DNA of 63,868 nucleotides, filler included, from Octopus bimaculoides (GCF_001194135.2; 4 parts of 4 records of this genome joined end to end with filler, not necessarily neighbours in it), one strand, 5' to 3'. Positions 20,768-34,705 are shown, counted from the first letter of the whole stretch. A program made the numbers and translations. The notes: generated from the sequence alone by a model not told the origin.

Positions 20768-21414
20768 ACAATTCTTTTGAGCGCACATATATGTATATAC
20801 AAAAGTTTTTTCGGTAATCTGAGTTATTACTTATTAGTATTCGTATGTTCATAGAAGCAGATTACCGAATTAGAGAATCAAACAGATTCGTAAAATATCA
20901 AAAAGCGTATTCGCTTTATGAGAAACTTTTATATACCCATGATTATTTAGTAAAAAATATATATGATAGTATCTAACAAAATTCCACCATGAACGAAAAA
21001 TATGACCATTCATCATTAAAACGTGATAACAAGTTGGGTTTTAAGATAGCGTTTATCAAAAGTATAAGTTTCTATTTCTATATTTTTGACAGGAATCTTT
21101 TTAAAGATTTGATATATAATTCTACTCACAAAAAATACCGGCCTCCCTCTCAAATACACAAACATAGCGTACATGCAAAAATACACGGGCACATAAAAAC
21201 ACACCTGCTGTTATACAGGTATGCAATCTACAAGAATTAATTAGTTTGTTCTCGTAGAGCGTAAACTACCATATTTCCTTTCTAATTTATAAGCCCCTCT
21301 CCACAGTTCATCCTCAAAAGAAACAAATTACCTTCATGGTGCTAACTGACGCTTGATTTGATACATTTGACTATATTATTTTTATATTGTAACAATTCAA
21401 TAGGAAAAATACAT

Positions 21415-21661
21415 TTATTCTGATAATGATTGTCTACGACATTCATTTTGCTGTGTGTTGACTGGCATACCAAAGAATACACCCAACGTTTTCGCTACGC
21501 GTCGTAAAATGTGGTTAAAAAGCTTCAGGGAGGATTTCCACTCCGAAATCATAAAATCCTCATCAGCAACAGCTATCGAAACAGACTCATCAAGTTCTCT
21601 CCTTCGCGGTAGTATTTCAACTGTCTGTAAGTCGCACTCTATGAAGCGGTTGGGAAAAATC
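21415..21661 (-). other. Candidate terminal coding exon of an unidentified host gene
   Basis: Acceptor ccaacttcacctgtcctccAG, then open frame IFPNRFIECDLQTVEILPRRRELDESVSIAVADEDFMISEWKSSLKLFNHILRRVAKTLGVFFG...SE*. CpG retained. Confidence 0.3.
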
Positions 21662-21729
21662 CTGGAGGACAGGTGAAGTTGGAACATTGTGCAAAGGTAT
21701 CATCCATCAGGAATAGGTAATCTCTGTTC

Positions 21730-24390
21730 AATCTGAGGAGGCCTATACGGGTAGGGACCAGGAATACTCTCTCTTTGAGGGGTGATTCTCATCAGCCATT
21801 GACCCCTTTGGAACTTGGTTGTTTGCGAGTCGTGGCGGCCTTGTCGGAGGTGCGTCGGCCAGATAGCGGCGAAATCTCAACTAGTGCTTACACTTACTAC
21901 TAGTCGGGGAGCTCTGATGGCTAGCATGATGGGGTAGGGGAAGTAGCAGTTCTTGTGGCCGACTGGCTGGTTAAAATAGTATCAGATGTAACACCCGTCA
22001 ACGAGCGTTTTATGCAGCTAAGGATTCGACATACCCTAGGTGTCATTTTCTTGGTTGCAGTGTTTGCTCCTAATACTGTGACTGACAGGTCTCTGAGGGA
22101 AGTATTCTGCCTCTGCTGCGTTGTGCCATGGGGAGTATTCTCAACAGGAATGCGTCCTTGGTTATGAGAGTCTTTAACGCATCTACAGCGATTGACAGAA
22201 CGCGATATGAGAGGGAGGTCAGCCATTATGGGTCGGGTACCAGGAACGAAAGTGGTGTGATGCTTCTGTATTGGCCAAAAAGAACGGACTTCGTATTGCT
22301 CGCTTCTGGTACCAATGTTCTGAACTACATCGCTGGACTTTATTCCAGTACTGATCTAGTGGCATAGAAGATTGATTATAGGCTTGTAGACAGCCATTGG
22401 AGAGTCCTGCAGAACTGTAGGGTTTTCGGTGCTAGCTTCATGGGCACTTATCATAGGCTTGTGGATGTATTGAGATTACGACTGGCGGTTAAGAGGCTGA
22501 AGGCAGCCAGTTCCAGACTGGATGTCGACAGTGTAAGCAAGACTTATTTGCAGTAACTTGGGCCTGTGCTACTTGGAGCTAGGCTCTCAACTAGACTTGT
22601 GGGAATGCAGAAAAGTCACAGGGACACCCTGCTGTCAGCTACCAGGGAGTATATTGGTTTCCAAAAATGGCCAAGGACACGTTTCCTTTCAAGGGAGACC
22701 CTTGCATTCGTGGAGTGCAACTGTAGGGTGATTTGCCTCGGGATCTAAGATTTAAAGCTGTCAGGACACTAAGGTCGGACAAGGAAGAATAGGTTCGAGG
22801 AATCTACGGGGAAGTTGAGAGTCGACACTTCAGACTAACGTGTTGCCTACAAATGAATCACTTTACTTATGGATGCAAAGCCTTCCCATTCTGTGTTCTG
22901 GAGTCTTAGACTCTGCTTGAACGCTCCTGACGGGGGAGCCCAAGCAGCTGGCTCGCTGGTATCGTACTTTGAGAGGTTGTATAAAGTGAACTCTCCTAGT
23001 ACTGTTCTGAATACCGCGATGCCTTCAGTACTTGTGTCCAACCTGCCACACAGCTGTAATCTGCCGTGAGCAGGCGAGTTTCGTACTGTGGTAAATCAGC
23101 TGAAGGGCGGGAAAACAGTCAGTGCTTGTGCCATCTATGGGGAGATGATGATGACGAAAAGTGGGCTTGCTATAAACTTAGGATGGATTATTTGCTCAGT
23201 TTGGAGCAGTGGCATCATCTCGCCTCATTAGAAGAGGGGCATAGTTATCCTTCACTGGAAAAGTAAAGGTGGCCGCCTGCATCTCTGCGGCCACGTCAAA
23301 GAAATCATCAACTGATAAGATCATTGTTCACCGAGTATTCCTCAAACGCAGGCAGCGTTTTCGGCAGAGGCAGCTTACAGCTTATGTTGACCTCCGCAAG
23401 GCGTTTGACTCAGTAGACAGAGATGTGCTCTGGAGGATTCTGAAGCTGCGAGGTATAACTGTTTGACTGGTTGGGCTGGCGTGGTCTTGTATACTGGAGC
23501 AGTAAGCGTAGTTCGGATTGGCGCCTCAACATTTGATTTTTCAAAGTTATATCTGTAGTCAATAAGGGTTGTGTTTTGGATCCCATTCTGTTCAGTGTCT
23601 GCATGGACTGGATTCATGACCAGATGGTGGATCAATCATGACCAGATGGTGGAGTACTCATTAGTAAAACTAGGAATACTAACTGGATTTTTCAGACAAA
23701 GTGGTTATTCTTCCTGAGTCCCTTAATGTCTTAAAAGGGTGCTTTCCTTTCACTGAGCGAGGAAGCGGAACCACTTGGTCATAGAGTTTCTTGGATCAAG
23801 ACATGTATCTTGTTTTCTTTGGCTTTGTTGTAATTAAGAATGTCGAAGGTGTTGACCGCTTCACTTAACTCGGAAGTGTGAAGTGTAATCCATACCAGTA
23901 TAAGCCGCGAGTCCAATATCTAAAAACGACCTGGATGTGCTGGCGGAGTTGTAGACACATTGGATAGGGGTGTTTGGCCTTACTGATATCTGAGGAGAAG
24001 GACAAAGGTTTGGGTCTTCAGGTGTTTAGTCTTCCACGTCTTGCTCTATAGTTGCATGTCCTGGACAGTGTCCGAGGTCCTTAAGAGCCGCCTGAACTCG
24101 TCTGGTACCAGGGCGCTTCAAAGGATTATGGTTTATCACTGGTTGGATTTCATGTCTAACCAACAGTTATACTCAGAAACTAAGATGCATCCTGTTAGTT
24201 GCATGATTCAGCAGTATCAGCTCAGACACCTTGGTCATGTTGCTCGATTTTCCGAGTTGGATTCTGCGTATCGAATTCTCTTCTCTGAGATCCTGACTGG
24301 AATGACGACTCGTGTTGGTCGGTCACTTACCATATGGTCATGGGGGAGGAGGAAGTATCGCACTGAGATGGTGACTGACTAGGACACTAC
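21730..24390 (+). mobile_element. Near full-length degenerate RTE LINE (APE plus RT)
   Basis: APE remnants (VTPVNERFMQLRIRHTLGVIFLVAVFAP), RT AYVDLRKAFDSVDR, V.QGCVL.P, RFT.LGS, LRHLGHVARF. Confidence 0.85.
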
Positions 24391-25134
24391 TCGAAGGGTA
24401 GACGCATGCCTACATACATATTCGATTTGATACTGTTTTTAATTTGAGGTTTCCAAATATTTTAAATAATTTTTTTATGTGTGAAATTCTAATAGCGATC
24501 ATATAATCAATTTACAGCTATATTTTAAAGTATATTCACTTTTGCGGTTACAGACAATAACATTTCGATTAAATTATAAGCGATATCTAATTTACAATAG
24601 GTAAAGTTTAAGAAGATATCTTAATTTGAGAAATGTCTAATTAACAATAAGAGTCTTATCTCCTTTTATAAGTTTTCGTTATTTATCTACAGAATGTCGG
24701 AGACAAATACGTTAAATGACCGACTATACAATTCATTATATTTACTGAATATACAAAATTTGCATCGTTAGCAGAGCATACGATGACGGACAAAAGTAAA
24801 TAACTCTATGAATCAACGTCCTGAAGCATGCACCCATATTTATGTATACCAAGCAGTCTTTTCAGAAAGTTTAATGGTCGTCAATTAAATGTCTACACTA
24901 AAATATGTTTCATTCGTACGACATCATACATACATACATACATACACAGATACACACACGCGAGCCGCTATATGTATATATTTACATGTAAATACATACA
25001 TACGTATACGCATACATAAACACACACACACACACACACACATATGTATATGAGTAAATATAAATGTATATATACATCTATATACATATGTATATATATA
25101 TATATATATATACGGGTGTGTATGTATATGTGTG

Positions 25135-25185
<51 letters not shown>

Positions 25186-25243
25186 GTATATATATATATT
25201 TATATATATATATGTGTGTATATATATATATATNNNNNNNNNN

Positions 25244-25286
<43 letters not shown>

Positions 25287-26589
25287 GTATACACACACAC
25301 ACATACACACACACACGCATACACATATGTATAAGCGATAATGAAGTCTGTCTTATCTGAATTGAAGAAAATAAATATCACCATTCATCTTATAATTTTC
25401 CTCACGAGAATAGTTTTAATTACCTTCTGAAAAAGAATTGCAAGTTATACTCGAGTGAGCGTATACCAAGTGAATTTATGTGTAAAAATGTGGATTTCAG
25501 TGTGTCTTATTTGTGATGTAAACTGTTCATATTTTTAGAGAAGACAAATTCACAGACCGCATAATTTCTATTTTGGCAGAGTCAAATGTTCTTATCTATT
25601 TTTGGTGCTAAAATTATTTTCACTTCATGAAGTTTCATGTTGTAAGAGAGTTTACTATAAACAAATATTTTAAATGTTGCTTCATACACTTTATAGAATA
25701 TTTGATTATGTAGCACTCTGCTATCACGGATTCATGTGTAAGATGTCACAGACAAACAGACATATATGCTTACATGCATATTACAAATATATAGGCTTCG
25801 ATGAATATGTTTCATTCACAGTTTGTTTCCTCTTAGTGTTGTAAGTTCTTTTAGCGATGCAAATTTTGTACATTTTGTAACATTAGTAAATTCTATTCGC
25901 GGTTGTTTAAGGCATTTGTCTGTAATACTCTGTAGATAAATAGCGAAGACTTGTAAAAAGAGATAAGATTCATGTTGCTAATTAGACTTTTCTGAAATTA
26001 AGATATCTCCTTAAGCTTCACGTGTTGTAAATTAGGTATTGCACATAATTTAATTCAGATGTTATTGTCGGTAACTGTAAAAATAAATTTACTTTAAAAT
26101 ATAGTTGGACAACAATTCTATTAATCGATATTAACTTTCTACGCATAAGAATTTACTTAAAATTTGGTAACTTTAAATTTAAAAAATAATACGAGAAAAC
26201 TGCCGTAAATAATTATTATCATCAGGATGAATGTATTTTTCTTATTGTATTTACTGATAATAAACATCCACTAGTCGAACGTATCAAATCAAAAGTCAGT
26301 TACCACCCTGTAAATAATTTATTACTTTTTTGATTGAATGGGCGTATTGTGTGGAAGGGCTTGTACAATAGAAAGGAGACTGATTAGTTTACACTCTAAA
26401 AGAACAAAATAATCAATCTTAATGGCAATTAATGTGATTAGATAGCTTGACAACTCGTACTGATTTCAAGCAATATTTTCAAATGCGTTGCTTTTCTCTT
26501 AGTTCCATTGAAATTTTAGCATTTTACTTTGTTTTCTTTTCTTCTAGTAATTTCCTGCCCTTGCATTAATGTCATTAATATTTTTACGG

Positions 26590-26930
26590 CAGAAAGTTCG
26601 GCGAGCTGGTAGATATGTTAGCACTCCGGGCGAAATGCTTAACGGTGTTTCGCCTGTCTTTACGTTCTGAATTCAAATTCAGTCGACGTTGACTTTGCTT
26701 TTCATCCTTTCGAGGTCGATAATTAAATACCAGTTGCGTACTGGGGTCGATCTAATCGACTGGCCCACTCCCCCAAAATTTCGGGCCTTGTTCCTAGAGT
26801 AGAAAAGAATATTTTTACGGCAGAAAGCGGCGAGCTGGCAGAAACGTTAGCAGAAACGTACTGGGGTCGATCTAATCGACTGGCCCACGTACCCTAAAAT
26901 TTCGGGCCTTGTGCCTAGAGTAGAAAAGAA
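26590..26930 (+). mobile_element. SINE family B: a full copy followed head-to-tail by an internally deleted copy
   Basis: Both end in ggccttgt.cctagagtagaaaagaata. atat(t/c)tttacg(g/a)cagaa occurs three times (~26578, ~26808, ~26929). Confidence 0.8.
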
Positions 26931-29039
26931 TATCTTTACGACAGAACTTACAATAATTTCGAAAAAGTATTTTAATTCGGTGTATCAGTAAACTGCTGAA
27001 GTTTTTCCAAATTTTACTGCAGACTGGATAAGGCAGTTTATTAAGGACGGACGCACACAAATAAACACACACACACACGCGCACGTAGAAACGTATAGCG
27101 TTTGTTTTTAAAATTCAATTGCCATAAGTATACAATTTATTCTCATAATCATAGCATAAATGGGAAATTCATTGTTAGACTTTATACAAGCACATTGTCG
27201 GAAGAAGTGAGGAGGCACTGGTAGAGTATTAACGAGGTTGTGAAGGAGTGTTATACGTTATTTTTCTCTAATGTGCTTTGCTTGAAAGGAACTAAGAATT
27301 CTATTGGAAATTTTGTGGAATAATTGGAAATAAAAAGGTGGTTAGGTACTTGGTGCAGAAATTAAAAAGTTTAAAACATTGTGATTAATGTTTGAGTAAT
27401 TTATTCAATAGAAAAATGTCAATGGAGCAACAAAAGGATTGGGTTATATAGTTTGATTGTTTTCTTTTCTGAAGAATAACGTGATCAAATCATGCGTAAT
27501 TAATTTCTAGGGGTTTCTTCGTGGTTCGGTGAGCAGTTGTATAAATATTATTTAGTTTGTTGAGTTTATATTAGTATATCGTGAGAGGGAAATGTAAAAA
27601 AAAGCAACAAAAAACCCATTAATCTATTGATGTGGGGTGTTGGAAAGAGCGGAAAGGAGGTTATATGTTATTATTTTTCTTTTATTATTTTATTCTTTCA
27701 GTCATTTGACTGCGGCCATGCTGGAGCACCACCTTTAGTCGAGCAAATTCTAACAAAAGTCCTCAGAATTTAGTTGGGTATTTAGTGAAGCAGAGAGGTA
27801 TTTAATAATGACTAATTTAACAATGTTTATTGAAGAAATGAGTGGTAACAAGATTTATAAAAAGTGATTTCGATTCATTTATGGCTAAAGTATTGAGTTC
27901 AAGACACGACTGAGCTCTAAGTATGTGGTAGAAAGTTTCTGATAGAAACATACTCAGACATCTGCATATAATGCATTTCAATTTCCTCCTACCTTCTATC
28001 AACGTCTCGCTTTTCCTTCTCTCCATTCCCCACCATATATTTATAAAAGTCCGACATTTAATTCTCCATTAATATTACGCTGAGATGTAGTTAAGAGCAA
28101 AACAAACAGTACACCTTGTGACAGTCAACTTAAAATACACTTATTTGTGTTGCTGTTAAGGCGTTGAATGCAATCAATTTAGCTTGGTGCTGTACTTGTC
28201 TTACCGAGCAAACTAATTGCATCAAGCGATTTATACTTGGGGCTTGTTATAACTAACTTTCTAATAAGGTTGTAACAGCTAATCGACATGTACACTAAAA
28301 ATATGTGTGTAATGTCGTAGAAACCTTATTTAAAATGCATATTGCAGAAAGCCAGCCAATTCATTAAAAGACTTATGCAGTGAGCTTCTTTTCGTAATTA
28401 ATGAGACGAGAAACAAAATTACTTATTTCAATATGCATTTTAAACTAGCGTAAATAACCCCAGACCCGTTACTTGAAAAGCCTTACGGTGAAATGTTCTC
28501 TTTAATCAAAAGCTTGCATAAAGAAAAATGAACTACACTTTCTAGTAATTTTCTCTGAAAAGTGTAGTTTCGAAAATAAATGAATCCCATCCCCCCCCAA
28601 AAAAAAACAACAACAACAACGAAAAAACTTAACATATCTTCAATCTGACAAAAAATCCGTATCAAAAGGGCAGAAATATATATGACATATACTGTATTTT
28701 TAAAAAATTTTAATTAGGGAAAATTTATCTTCAAAATTTTGTTATAACAAATTAGGGGGATTGGCAATTACAGCTCTTGAATCCATATTAAAATTTTTAA
28801 TTTGGTTTATCGTCTTGTTAAACATGAAAATGTGCCCTCCACCTGAGACCGTTAATGAAGAAGTTGGTTTTTCTGCAGTATGCAGAAGTGTAATCGCACA
28901 AAAAGCCTAAACAGAATTAGTACTCAAGGTCAAAACATTACATCGACTTAGACATACGAATCATATGTTAATATCTAAGTAACTATACTTCAGTTTTAAG
29001 AATTACGAAACGATATTCGGAAATGAACCTTCTATACAA

Positions 29040-30470
29040 TTAATTAATTCTTGAATTATGGAATGTATGAACCTATTTGGCATTGCATCGAATGTTGAGC
29101 GATTGTTTGGAAAAAGTATGGTGAAGTGGAGGACGGAACTGACAGAAATCAGAAGAAGCATCTTCCAAGGGGATTGCCTGCTCCCACTGATCTTTGTACT
29201 GTGCATGATACCGTCGGGGGAGGTTATGAAGCAGATAGAAGAGACGGGCTATAAGTACTTGGGGATTTTGGAAATGGATAAATTGATGGAGAAAGAAATG
29301 ACCGAAAAATTTAAGATGGAGTACTTGCGCAGACTGAGACTGATCCTTAAGTCGAAATTAAACGAACGGAATAAGATTGAAGCTATAAACACCTGGGCGG
29401 CTTCACTCCTTAGATATGGAGCAGGGGTAATCGCATGGACAAGTAGATGAACTAAACGGGGTGGGGGAGATGATTGACTGGATGCGAACACAGCATTAGA
29501 GAGCAGAAGAAAACAACATAGCATGGTATATAAAAAATGCCACAGAACCACAATTATTGGAAGTAAGAAGGTCAGGCATGTGTAGGATGGAGGATTGCAA
29601 AGCTAAAGCACTATACAAGGACTTATGAATGAATGAAACTGAAAATAAGTGGATAAAGAAAAGAATGCAAGGACAATTTCATAAGGATGCTGAAGATAAA
29701 ACAGACAGATAAAAAAGATGGTTATGGGTGACTAAAAGTGATTTAAAACTGGAAATGGAGGTTCTAATTTGTGCTGCCCAAGAGCAAGCATTAAGAACCA
29801 ATTACATCAAATACAAATAGACAGCACATCAGAAAGTGATAAGTGCCGAATTTGTGGACAAAATGGTGAAATCGTATAGCATATTACCAGTCAATCTACG
29901 CCACTAACCCAGAAAGAATATAAGAGATGTCATGACAATATTGCAACAGATATGGACTTGACAGAGAAAAAAATTGATACGAAGACATCATCGAAAATGA
30001 TAATGCAAAGGTCCTATGAAATTTTATGATTCAGTTCGACCATGAGATTGAGAATAGGAAACCAGACAGTGTTAATTGAGAAAGAAAGCAAACGATGCTG
30101 GATAATAGATATAGCATGCCCAGCTGACAACAAGGTATGCGATAAGGAAGAAAGAAAAGTCGATAGATATGACAGGTTAGCTTGGGAGGTTAAGTAGTTG
30201 TGGTCGATGAAAAACGTGGTAGTAGTACAAATAATTGTCGGAGCCTTGGGAACATTAAGTAAAAATCTTGAGAAGTACATGGAACAAATAGGGACTGCAA
30301 TAAGGGTGGAGCACTTGCAGAAAACAGCACTGTTTGGAACCGCTCGAACACTCCGGATTGTGCTCGAAAAATAAGGGGTATTACCTTAGTTCACTGGTAG
30401 CGAACAGCTGGCGCCGTAGTACATCTCTTGCGTTAGAAGCTGTGCAAAGACAATAAATAATAATAATAAG
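29040..30470 (+). mobile_element. RLE-type (R4/Dong-like) LINE 3' half, degenerate, (TAA)n tail
   Basis: IFQGDCLLPLIFVLCM, YKYLGILE, NKIEAINTWA..LLRYGAG, CAAQEQALRT, CRICGQ, IIDIACP, IIVGALG. Confidence 0.85.
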
Positions 30471-31371
30471 GATTCAGATAAAATCGCGTACTTGAAAATA
30501 TATGCATCAGGTAGGGTTGGGTAAACCTGTAGTCCCCGCCTAAGGTTGATAAATATAAGATAGAATATTCCGGTTTTGTACACAGAGAAAACCACCCCTT
30601 CTTTCTATGAACTCCTTAATGATAAGTAGTACACTACTATTACTACCAGGCATTTCCTTTCCAGGCACACATTTCCCCATGTTACAAGTGGTCTCCACTA
30701 GCCTATATAAGATGTTCGTACCTATAGTAATCTCCTACATCTTTCTCCTTTACCAGAGAAAGCAATCGCGCGAAACGCTACAGTTCCACAATAGTTAGAA
30801 CTTGTCATTTGATTTCTTTCCCACCCTACTGTAACTTTCAACCTATATTCACAGAATATCTCTAAACTCTGTGGTATCTCTGCCCTCCTCCCTTTGTTCT
30901 TTAGCCTTAACTAGCGAATCCTAAACCCCGACCCTATACCTAATTGACTATATTTATGCACTAATATATTTCTTCACTTTTTACTTTTTACTTTTCTTTA
31001 TTTATCCTCCTTACTTTATCTTTAGTCCCCCCCCAACTACCCACTTATCTAAGCCTAATATTATAAAATATTACCTACACCCCATATCTAGTCTCCCAAA
31101 GAACAAATATATCCGATTTCTATTTCACCCAGGTCACTAACCTTAAACATCTTTCTTAACCTAACCCCACCCCTTAATGCCGACGGCGGCCAATTTTCTT
31201 GGTCATTCTCCCACTTCATAGTAAACCTCGAAAAACTACAGCCACGTCCCTGCCGTATTCTTGGGATATTCTTTTGTTTTTGAAATTAAGTTTCATCTGA
31301 TGAAGTAATAATCTCATTTTCCTATTTAAAAATTGCGTAAGAACCAGTTCTAATGAGCTGTCGTCTGTTAT

Positions 31372-31402
<31 letters not shown>

Positions 31403-31483
31403 GTATGTGTGTTTGTATATATATATACACATACATATATATATAAATACACATTTGCATATACATATATATACATACACATA

Positions 31484-31540
<57 letters not shown>

Positions 31541-31545
31541 TGTAC

Positions 31546-31580
<35 letters not shown>

Positions 31581-31659
31581 TATATACATGCGCGCGCGCA
31601 CACACACACACATACACACACACATATACATGCGCGCGCACACACACACGCACACATGA

Positions 31660-31945
31660 TGGACTCTCCCCTCGCAGGCGACGTATGAGCATTCAACTTT
31701 TGCTGAACAACCTGCACAAATGATTTGTTTAGAGTGATCAAATATTCGTGCGCACATTAGCTCACTCGCTCCAACGTTGTCTGAACAGGTGTGGTGTGTA
31801 CCACGAGTCAGGTGTCAAAGTGATTGCAGAGCAGCGTGAGATGAAGTGTTTTCCTCAAGAACACAACGCACCACCTGGTCTAGGAATTGAAATCACGATC
31901 GCTAGACCGCAAATGCAGCATCTTAACCATTAAGCCATGCTCCTC
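31660..31945 (-). mobile_element. tRNA-derived SINE
   Basis: Reverse-complement head ggcttaatggttaagatgctgc...gatttcaattcctag and ttgtgttcttgaggaaaacac segment. Confidence 0.65.
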
Positions 31946-32645
31946 CCTCCTCTTTCTCTCTCTCCCTCACACACACGCGCACACACACACACATATATAT
32001 ATGTATGCATGTACACATACATGCACTCACACATATATGTATCTACATATTAAGCTGTTTAAAAGGATCATAAAATTTTGCGTGTTAGAGAGAAACACTA
32101 GAAGTGTGATGTTTGTGTGAAATCATTGTCACACCGTCAACATGTTACATAAAGAGATATACATTGTAGCATATAAGAGAGGAAAAACACAACTGCCGCA
32201 ATAGCGTAAAATCTGTTAAAGTATGCTTGTGTTTTATTTGATTAAACATATATTTTTTCGTGACGCGACAGTTCAGCGCCGAGAATTCATCGCCAGATAA
32301 TTCATCGCATAGACAATTCAGCACAGGGCATCATATTGCACTTAGGTAAAGGTTACTTTTGGGATGAAAAAAAAAAACAAGAAAAATTTCAATTATTTAT
32401 TTAAAAACATGTAAAGATAAGAAATACAAAAAAAAAAAAAATCAAAATGCTAAATTATATTCTTTGAAACAGTAGTTAGCTAGTTATATTTTCACAGGAG
32501 ATTCAAAAGGTGTAGTTATCGTTTCGTATGGGCGTGTGTATATGTGTGTATGTTTATTTGCTGGTGTTTGTTTCATGCATATGTAAACTTTTTGTTTATG
32601 TATAGTTAATCTATACTATGATTGCTGTGTTTGTAGGTTGCATGT

Positions 32646-32966
32646 AGTAATAGTAGTAGTAGCACTCCGTCGATTACGACGACGAGGATCCCAGCTGATA
32701 CGATCAATGGAACAACTTGCTCGTGAAATTAATGTGCAAGTGGCTGAGCATTCCACAGACACGTGTACCCTTAATGTAGTTCTTAGTCAGCATGACACAG
32801 AGTGTGACAAGGCCGGCCCTTTGAAATACAGGTACTACTCATTTTTGCCAGCTGAGTGGACTAGAGCACTAGTCTTACTCAAGGGGACAACGCGTTGCCG
32901 GGAATTGAACTCACGACCATACGATCGTGAGGTGAATGCCCTAACCACTAAGCCACGCGCCTTCAC
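32646..32966 (-). mobile_element. SINE family A variant with a different central module
   Basis: 11-bp TSD aggttgcatgt at 32635-32645 and 32967-32977. Shares the 3' half from gtacctgtatttcaaaggg with family A. (TAC)n tail. Confidence 0.85.
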
Positions 32967-33089
32967 AGGTTGCATGTGCATGCGTTTTTGATATATAATG
33001 TAATAATAATCCCAACACCAATATAATGTAATAATAAATTATATATACTACTTAATTGTCTATGCGCTGAATGTCGGTACGCCATATAT

Positions 33090-33269
33090 TTTACCTTTTC
33101 TCTTCTACTTGCTTCAGTTATTAGACTGTGGCCATACTGGGGCACCGTCATGATGAATTTTCAGTTGAATGAATCGACTCCAGTACTTATTATTTTTTTA
33201 TAACTGGTACTTACTCTATTGGCTACTTAGGCTGAATCGCTAAGTTGCGTTGAGGTGAACATAGACGTG

Positions 33270-33270
<1 letters not shown>
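33090..33270 (-). mobile_element. SINE tail module
   Basis: cttgcttcagttattagactgtggccatactggggcacc is the reverse complement of the 5100-5165 tail. Confidence 0.65.
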
Positions 33271-33353
<83 letters not shown>

Positions 33354-33429
33354 TACATATACTGTTTTATCAGTTTCAGCTCAAAATCGTGGCCATGATA
33401 TGGTACCACCGTTTTGCTACACTGTTATT

Positions 33430-33640
33430 ATAGAGACCCTTCTCGGATATGTGGCATTTGGTGAATAAGGGAGTTTGATGTCGCTACCCTCATTTGGGCC
33501 TCCTGCCGCGAGGTGGGTTCATCTGGGACTCTCGGCCGGAAGAGATCCAATTCTGATTTGAAAACACCTACATCCACTTTGTGCAGGTCCTTCAGGCTCT
33601 TTGGGAGAATATCAAAAAGCTGTGGGTCCCTGAAACCCAG
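33430..33640 (-). mobile_element. CR1/L2-like LINE 3' end
   Basis: GFRDPQLFDILPKSLKDL...FKSELDLF..VPDEP...SNSLIHQ. Confidence 0.75.
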
Positions 33641-34229
33641 GCTGTATATACACACAATAATATACATATATTAGACGGAATAAGAATCCAGATGTTTAAA
33701 GATACAAACAATTGACAATAACTTAGAAACTCGAATTAGATTGTGAATTATGAACCCCCCCCCAAAAAAAAAAACCCAAACTATTTTGCATACTTGTTCA
33801 AAACATTAAAAAAGACATCACTGGAGTAATATAGTGATATATGTATACATTCCACTAATAATGTATATTTTTCAGAATGATTTAAACATAAAGTCCGGTT
33901 ACAATGCTTCTGGAGGATGTAAGCTTACTTCAAATCAATTTTCCTCTATCCAATTTATACAGAAACCAATATTAAGTCTACAAAACAGATAAGTTTTTTT
34001 CATAGAATAACAAATAGATATTAAAAAATGACTTATAATGTATGCCTAAAATTATTATGATATTTCCTAATGCTCAGCCCTTAAGTTTCGAGAAGTAGAT
34101 AAGCAAAGAAGAATTTCCTATTCATGTCTTTTAAAGTTTCTTTTTCTGTTTTGCAACTTTGTCTTGTCCTGAACTTGATGATACATTAATCATCCAGAAA
34201 TAACAATCGTTTTTTTTCTATATTCTATC

Positions 34230-34380
34230 ACCTCCAGTCTGCTGAATGCTTTGATAAACACACCTTTCCCCTTCACTATAGGAACAACGAAACTCTTACG
34301 GTTTACTTTAAAATTGTATACATTCTGAATATAAGCCATTTTCCAGTTCCTCCACTGCTCTCATATGAATGTTCACGTTT
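34230..34380 (-). mobile_element. Ancient RTE RT fragment
   Basis: Minus-strand VVPIVKGKG...KAFSRLEVI. Confidence 0.45.
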
Positions 34381-34626
34381 TTCTTTTATTACAGACACAT
34401 TTAGAATACGATGGTATAAATACATTGTATATAATGCAGATCACTAATATATTTTTATGGTGTTGCTTATATATAAAGTCACAAATGCAAAAATGCATTA
34501 GATATTTTTTGGATCACGTAAATAACTAGAAAAAATATGCAAAATATATAAATTCAACCATTACTTCTGTTCCTCTAACTTGTTTCTCTGGAATAAATTA
34601 ATCACATACTCAAATGCATATGTCTT

Positions 34627-34705
<79 letters not shown>

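Noticed and set aside
21560-21566. Other CTGATGA/TCATCAG hits (16280, 21560, 21789, 26219, 31297)
   Set aside because: None is followed by a stem II, GAAA and a matching stem I, so they are not hammerheads.
21455-21676. Plus-strand 73-aa ORF
   Set aside because: No recognisable motif or acceptor. The antisense frame has the better splice signal and composition.
24828-25384. Many [12 protein letters not shown] ORFs here and at ~15.7, 31.3, 38.8, 43.5 and 55.5 kb, plus all X-rich ORFs
   Set aside because: Translations of dinucleotide or tetranucleotide microsatellites and N gaps.
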